A DNA stretch of 32,000 nt, from positions 1,260,001 through 1,292,000 of the forward strand of contig CP104013.1 of NCBI GenBank assembly GCA_025839675.1, given 5' to 3'. Numbering within the stretch: the stretch's first letter is position 1; the number at the start of each line of letters is the position of its first letter. Under the pieces are notes generated by a model that saw only the letters and a program-made list of their open reading frames with translations, searched no databases and had not been told where the DNA came from. Shown in pieces: positions 28,190-32,000 of this stretch. The position numbers and the translations under genes were made by a program. This stretch comes from Candidatus Lokiarchaeum ossiferum (GTDB lineage: Archaea; Asgardarchaeota; Lokiarchaeia; Sigyniarchaeales; Promethearchaeaceae).

Positions 28190-30739
28190 TTATTTTACTA
28201 CTGAGAAAAATGAGTGAATCGTCCTTGTATTAATTTTTGATTGGTTGAGCTTAGTTTGTACAGATTCTAAGGAGATTTCACTAATATTAGCACATTTAAA
28301 AGCAGAATAGAACATTTTCGCATCCTTCTTAATTTGTTCCAGAATTATTTGATCTATAACATATTCGGTTTCTGCAGGATGTGCTTGAATTGTATAATTT
28401 TTTTTTGGATGTATATAAAGAGGGATAACTTCCTTATTTGAATAGATTTTTTTTGTCCATACAACAGAATTAGACATTTGACCAACTTGGCCTTTGTTTA
28501 TTCCCTGTGATGATATTATGACCTCATTCTTACATTCAATAGCGTAAATTTTATTATTGGGCAAAGCCCATAAATTATCAGGCCCATCCTTTAACTCTTT
28601 CTCAGGACGAAACGATGCAAAACCTAACATAGACCCTAATTTTTTTATTGCTTCTTCAAAAGCAGAAGCAGAAACACCAAAATTGAGATCAGCAAATAAA
28701 GCAGTAATATCAACCATCATATCGTTGAAAGAATCGTGAGTTCGTATAAATTGATGAATACCTACAGCTTGATCCCGAACTTCTAGTTTTATAATCCGGT
28801 TTTTCTTTGAAATAGGAGGAATCGACAAATAGGGATTTAATTCATGAGCAGTCTGTTGAATTAAGAAGGAATCTTCATTGCTTTCACTATACTTGTACGA
28901 AGCCATCTGTTCAAAATACCAACCTCGCTCTTCAGATGTTAAATTGGTATCCAGCAAAATCCGATCAATCAAATCATTACAAAGTGAAATATTATTATCC
29001 CTATAAGCAATATATGCATTCCTTTCGAGTTCAGCATCGTTAGCAACAGATTCTTCGAAGGGTTGAGGTTCAATCTCTTCCATTTTCTGTTGGTAATATT
29101 TTTTCCAGCTTTCATCTCTTTCAATAAACTGATTTATAAATCCTTCTAGATGCAGTAATAATTTTTCTTCTTCAGACTCAGCACTATTTATATTGGAAAT
29201 TATACTATTACCGATTTCTATTTGTTTTTTCACTTCATTAGATAAGAATGCTTGCTTTTTTCCTTCTAGAAAGAATCTTGATAGCTTTACTCCCAAAATA
29301 ATTACTAAACAATAATCATTTTTCCCTCTTATCCCCCTCCCAATTCCTTGTTCTATTCTTTGAGCAATATTTTTATACATCAATAAAGAATTTGGCAGAA
29401 TCATGTGTAAGAACTCATCATAAATAGTTTGATATTCAGGAATCAAATCTAATACTAAAACTCGGCATAAATTATCAGGTAAATCTATTCCATCGTATTG
29501 ATTTATTAATACATTGGGTTTTTTCAAATCATTTGCCTTAATTTTTTTTTTTATTTTGACAATTTGATTATGAATATCTCTAACAAATAATATTTCTGCA
29601 CCATTTTCCTCCCAAGATGATTTACTATTTCCAGAAGGAACTATTGAAAATATTCCAAAATCTCCTTTTGAATTTTTTGAGAAATCACAAATCCATTTGA
29701 CAAGTTTTGAACGATTTATTTCAGAATTGATTAAGCTTGGAATAATAATAGGTCGCTCTCCACTGTATTTGATCTCTTTGTAGGTTAATGGATTTAATAC
29801 TGCATCCTTATCAATTCCGAAGTCTTTAATTAAGAAAACATCATCAGTTAAAGTAGCCGAAAGATAAATTCTTTGATTAGCATTTTCAAATGAAGGAATC
29901 ATGTCAAGAGGCAAAATTCTCGGAGTTATTTCAATTCTGTGTCCTGAAATAAAGCAAAGACAATCCTTCAATGTAGTATTTATCAAATCCCAACTAAACT
30001 TGATATTATTCAAATTTAAATAATCGCTTAGTATTTCCCGAATTCTCATTACATGAGATTTCCAGGCCCAATACGGAACTTGCATTATTTTATTTGAATC
30101 ATGACTTATATCGAAGTATAAGCCATCATTTTGGGCGATTAAATCGCTTTCAAATAGTCGTAGTATTTTGTGGTAGATTGGTAGATATTCTTTTCTCTTT
30201 GGAATTTGAATAGAAAAAGATTTTCGAATGATTGCTAATGATTTGTGAGCATCATCCATAACAATAGCACCAATTTCCATTATTTCCTTTCTGGGATTAT
30301 TTTTTATGCCAAATAAGGACATTCCATTAAATAACTTATCAACAGATGTGATTAAAATTGATTTACTATTTATAAAATCCATTGGCAAAGGTTGTCCCTG
30401 AACTGCTTTGACTACAGAAATACCAAAATCTTGAGCTTGATCAAAAATTTGATCCACCAAATATTTATTTGGACATAGAAATAAACCGGGTTTATTCAGT
30501 TCATTCATTTTTGATTGAATAATTAATAAACCAACAAGTGTTTTACCATGACCAGTATGCAATTTTACAATAACATCATGATTTGACCGATTTTTTAAAT
30601 TCCACTCTTTTAATATTTCTCTCTGAGAATCTCTAATATATTCTTTTCCTTGAAAAGTATCTAAATTATTAAAAATTTGAATTGGATCTAAAGTTTTCTC
30701 AACTTTATTCTCTTTCAACATTTTTGTAAAATCAACCAT
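28190..30739 (-). CDS. SF2 helicase (DinG/XPD-type C-terminal lobe, no Fe-S cluster) fused to a C-terminal PD-(D/E)xK nuclease domain
   Basis: Motif I is KLHTGHGKTLVG (aa 59-70), Ia is LFLCPNKYL, II is IVMDDAHK (aa 159-166), and III is YLSATL. The Helicase_C_2-like stretch is QYDGIDLPDNLCRVLVLDLIP, and motif VI is QRIEQGIGRGIRGKNDYCLVIILG. Only one Cys lies between motifs I and II. The nuclease core is FEEAIKKLGSMLGFASFRPEKELKDGPDNLWALPNNKIYAIECK (D at aa 721, ExK at aa 735-737, nt 28529-28588). Confidence 0.92.
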   Translation of the reverse strand: MVDFTKMLKENKVEKTLDPIQIFNNLDTFQGKEYIRDSQREILKEWNLKNRSNHDVIVKLHTGHGKTLVGLLIIQSKMNELNKPGLFLCPNKYLVDQIFDQAQDFGISVVKAVQGQPLPMDFINSKSILITSVDKLFNGMSLFGIKNNPRKEIMEIGAIVMDDAHKSLAIIRKSFSIQIPKRKEYLPIYHKILRLFESDLIAQNDGLYFDISHDSNKIMQVPYWAWKSHVMRIREILSDYLNLNNIKFSWDLINTTLKDCLCFISGHRIEITPRILPLDMIPSFENANQRIYLSATLTDDVFLIKDFGIDKDAVLNPLTYKEIKYSGERPIIIPSLINSEINRSKLVKWICDFSKNSKGDFGIFSIVPSGNSKSSWEENGAEILFVRDIHNQIVKIKKKIKANDLKKPNVLINQYDGIDLPDNLCRVLVLDLIPEYQTIYDEFLHMILPNSLLMYKNIAQRIEQGIGRGIRGKNDYCLVIILGVKLSRFFLEGKKQAFLSNEVKKQIEIGNSIISNINSAESEEEKLLLHLEGFINQFIERDESWKKYYQQKMEEIEPQPFEESVANDAELERNAYIAYRDNNISLCNDLIDRILLDTNLTSEERGWYFEQMASYKYSESNEDSFLIQQTAHELNPYLSIPPISKKNRIIKLEVRDQAVGIHQFIRTHDSFNDMMVDITALFADLNFGVSASAFEEAIKKLGSMLGFASFRPEKELKDGPDNLWALPNNKIYAIECKNEVIISSQGINKGQVGQMSNSVVWTKKIYSNKEVIPLYIHPKKNYTIQAHPAETEYVIDQIILEQIKKDAKMFYSAFKCANISEISLESVQTKLNQSKINTRTIHSFFSVVK

Positions 30740-30790
30740 AAAATGAACTATTTATACTATTTCTTAAACTTATTGAAAATCAGCAATTAT

Positions 30791-30834
30791 TAAGATATTG
30801 TCATATTTTTTCTATTTTTGGTAATAATATCTTA
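30791..30834. promoter_or_regulatory. Inverted repeat in the helicase-nuclease upstream region
   Basis: taagatatt (30791-30799) and aatatctta (30826-30834) are perfect 9-bp inverted copies separated by 26 nt. They lie 52-95 nt upstream of ATG 30739. Confidence 0.25.
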
Positions 30835-31413
30835 GTTTTTTCTCAGCAGGATATCCCACCATTTCACAATTAAAAAGAAACGCGACGATTGAATAGATTT
30901 AAATTTTGCGTAATTATTATTAATTTTTAAATTATTTACATATTTCAATTCCCCATCGTTAAAGAGTTTGAAGTCTTGACCCACCAGAGAACCTCACTGT
31001 GAAAATGACATGACCATTGTACAATCCTGTCTCACTGGGTTGAATCCACAGTTAGCGGTAATCCAATCTACATGTTTGAGTATATTTAACATCCACGATT
31101 CTCTTTTCACTGTACATAATATCATGTCAATGTGTCTTTGTGGTTAAAAATCTTTAATTTACTCGGATTTGCAGGAAACCATGAAAAGACTTCGATAATG
31201 TTGTCTTCGCCAACATTTTCCTATCTTTTGGATACTGAAAGTGAAAAAAACCTGTTCATGGTGTTTAGTGAACTGACTTAATCTCTAAAGTATATTTAAA
31301 AAAAAAAAAATAAGATATTTGGGAAGAAAAAAGGATTGCAATACTTTCCCTACAATAAATATAATGGACAAGTCACAATTGATTCATTTAACGCTAATTT
31401 GGTTTTTTGCATT

Positions 31414-31657
31414 TTATTCATCTTCAATATCCCATTCTTGCAATTGAAATCCAAATTTTGCTGTGATCTCTGGATTTTGAGTTAAGAAATAAGCATATTC
31501 ATCCCCAACACCGTCATCATTTAATTTTATTCCATGTTCCTTCCATTCTCTAAAAATTAAAGTGAATTGATGAAATCGTTCAATAAATCATCGATAGTGT
31601 TGCAATCACTCGTCGCCATTTGCCTCTAAATATCGAGTAAAATTTTTCCTTAGTCAT
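31414..31657 (-). pseudogene. Possible frame-shifted remnant of a small gene
   Basis: On the minus strand, ATG 31657 opens MTKEKFYSIFRGKWRRVIATLSMIY*. A second frame (31587-31414) reads FIERFHQFTLIFREWKEHGIKLNDDGVGDEYAYFLTQNPEITAKFGFQLQEWDIEDE* with no start codon. The composition is protein-like, but at least one frame break is present. Confidence 0.3.
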
Positions 31658-31830
31658 AAATAACTTATTGCAAGGATTTTAATAAAAAAACAATGAAGTA
31701 ATTTATCAATTAGATTGTATTTTTTTTGACCTTCATCATATTTATTGAATGGGATAAAACTTTTCCATACAATTCCAGAATCAAATTTGCTATTTTTGAA
31801 ATCATAATATAGAAGAAAAAGAAGGGTTAG

Positions 31831-31964
31831 TGCCTTCGGTCGGATTTGAACCAACGATGCCTGGATCTCAATAGATTGGGCGAGATGCCCAATTTTCTTC
31901 AGTCCAGTGCCTTCCCGAGCTTAGCCAAAAATATCGAATTGATATTTTTTTAGGCCACGAAGGC
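31831..31964 (-). tRNA. tRNA-Phe: tRNA-Phe (anticodon GAA) interrupted by two introns; CCA not encoded
   Basis: Hand fold of the minus strand: acceptor GCCTTCG/CGAAGGC, D stem GCCT/AGGC, anticodon stem CTGGA/TCCAG, loop CUGAAGA, variable GCATC, T arm GTTGG-TTCAAAT-CCGAC, discriminator A. The mature length is 75 nt against a 134-nt gene. The introns are 31922-31950 (29 nt, D-loop) and 31867-31896 (30 nt, position 37/38). Confidence 0.85.
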
Positions 31965-32000
31965 ACGTTTTCACCCAGATCTACTCAATAAAGAATATGA

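Noticed and set aside
22328-28739. Short internal ORFs 22328-22534, 24079-24270, 25157-25369, 25768-25959, 26918-27118, 27832-28014 and 28557-28739
   Set aside because: All are embedded in, or overlap the ends of, the large well-supported genes on the opposite strand or in another frame.
31654-31854. 66-aa minus-strand ORF that begins inside the tRNA T-arm. I considered it as an SSV-type split integrase fragment, which overlaps the att site in a tRNA.
   Set aside because: The start is a non-ATG codon inside the tRNA. The peptide has no tyrosine-recombinase motifs (R..HxxR..Y) and breaks frame after 66 codons. There is not enough evidence.
1-32000. Search for CRISPR arrays, rRNA genes, IS elements or intact integrases
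   Set aside because: I saw no regularly spaced direct repeats outside the coding repeats of the giant gene, no rRNA-like sequence, and no transposase or integrase motifs in any long ORF.

Overview
This is an AT-rich segment (about 30% G+C by eye) that looks archaeal. Supporting signs are a tRNA gene with two introns (one non-canonical), oligo-T tracts after genes, and a PGF-CTERM-like anchor. An Asgard/Lokiarchaeia-type host is only a guess. I support about 20 protein genes, 1 tRNA and 4 gene remnants.

Left two thirds (1-24.7 kb): an accessory neighbourhood dominated by secreted or surface proteins.
- A partial FG-GAP-like protein that is missing from the ORF track because it runs off the window.
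- A 1632-aa protein made of 16 tandem FN3-like repeats.
- A secreted C13 legumain-like protease plus zincin pair.
- An anchored serine hydrolase and a 1216-aa modular secreted protein.
- Two divergent regulator-enzyme pairs: HxlR with a transglutaminase-like gene, and a PadR-fusion with an alpha/beta hydrolase.
- A SAM methyltransferase, and a TPR protein whose C-terminal domain appears split by a frame change.

Three decayed fragment copies of genes that are intact elsewhere in the window point to an old segmental duplication with reciprocal decay.

Right third (25.3-30.7 kb): the best candidate for a novel system. Two large genes converge here. One is a PHP phosphoesterase fused to a Rad50/SbcC-like ABC ATPase. 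The other is a DinG/XPD-like SF2 helicase fused to a PD-(D/E)xK nuclease. They are flanked by unusually long non-coding DNA and lie next to tRNA-Phe, which fits a nucleic-acid-targeting defence island.

No rRNA, CRISPR array or intact transposase/integrase was seen. All domain calls come from motifs read by eye, with no database searches.
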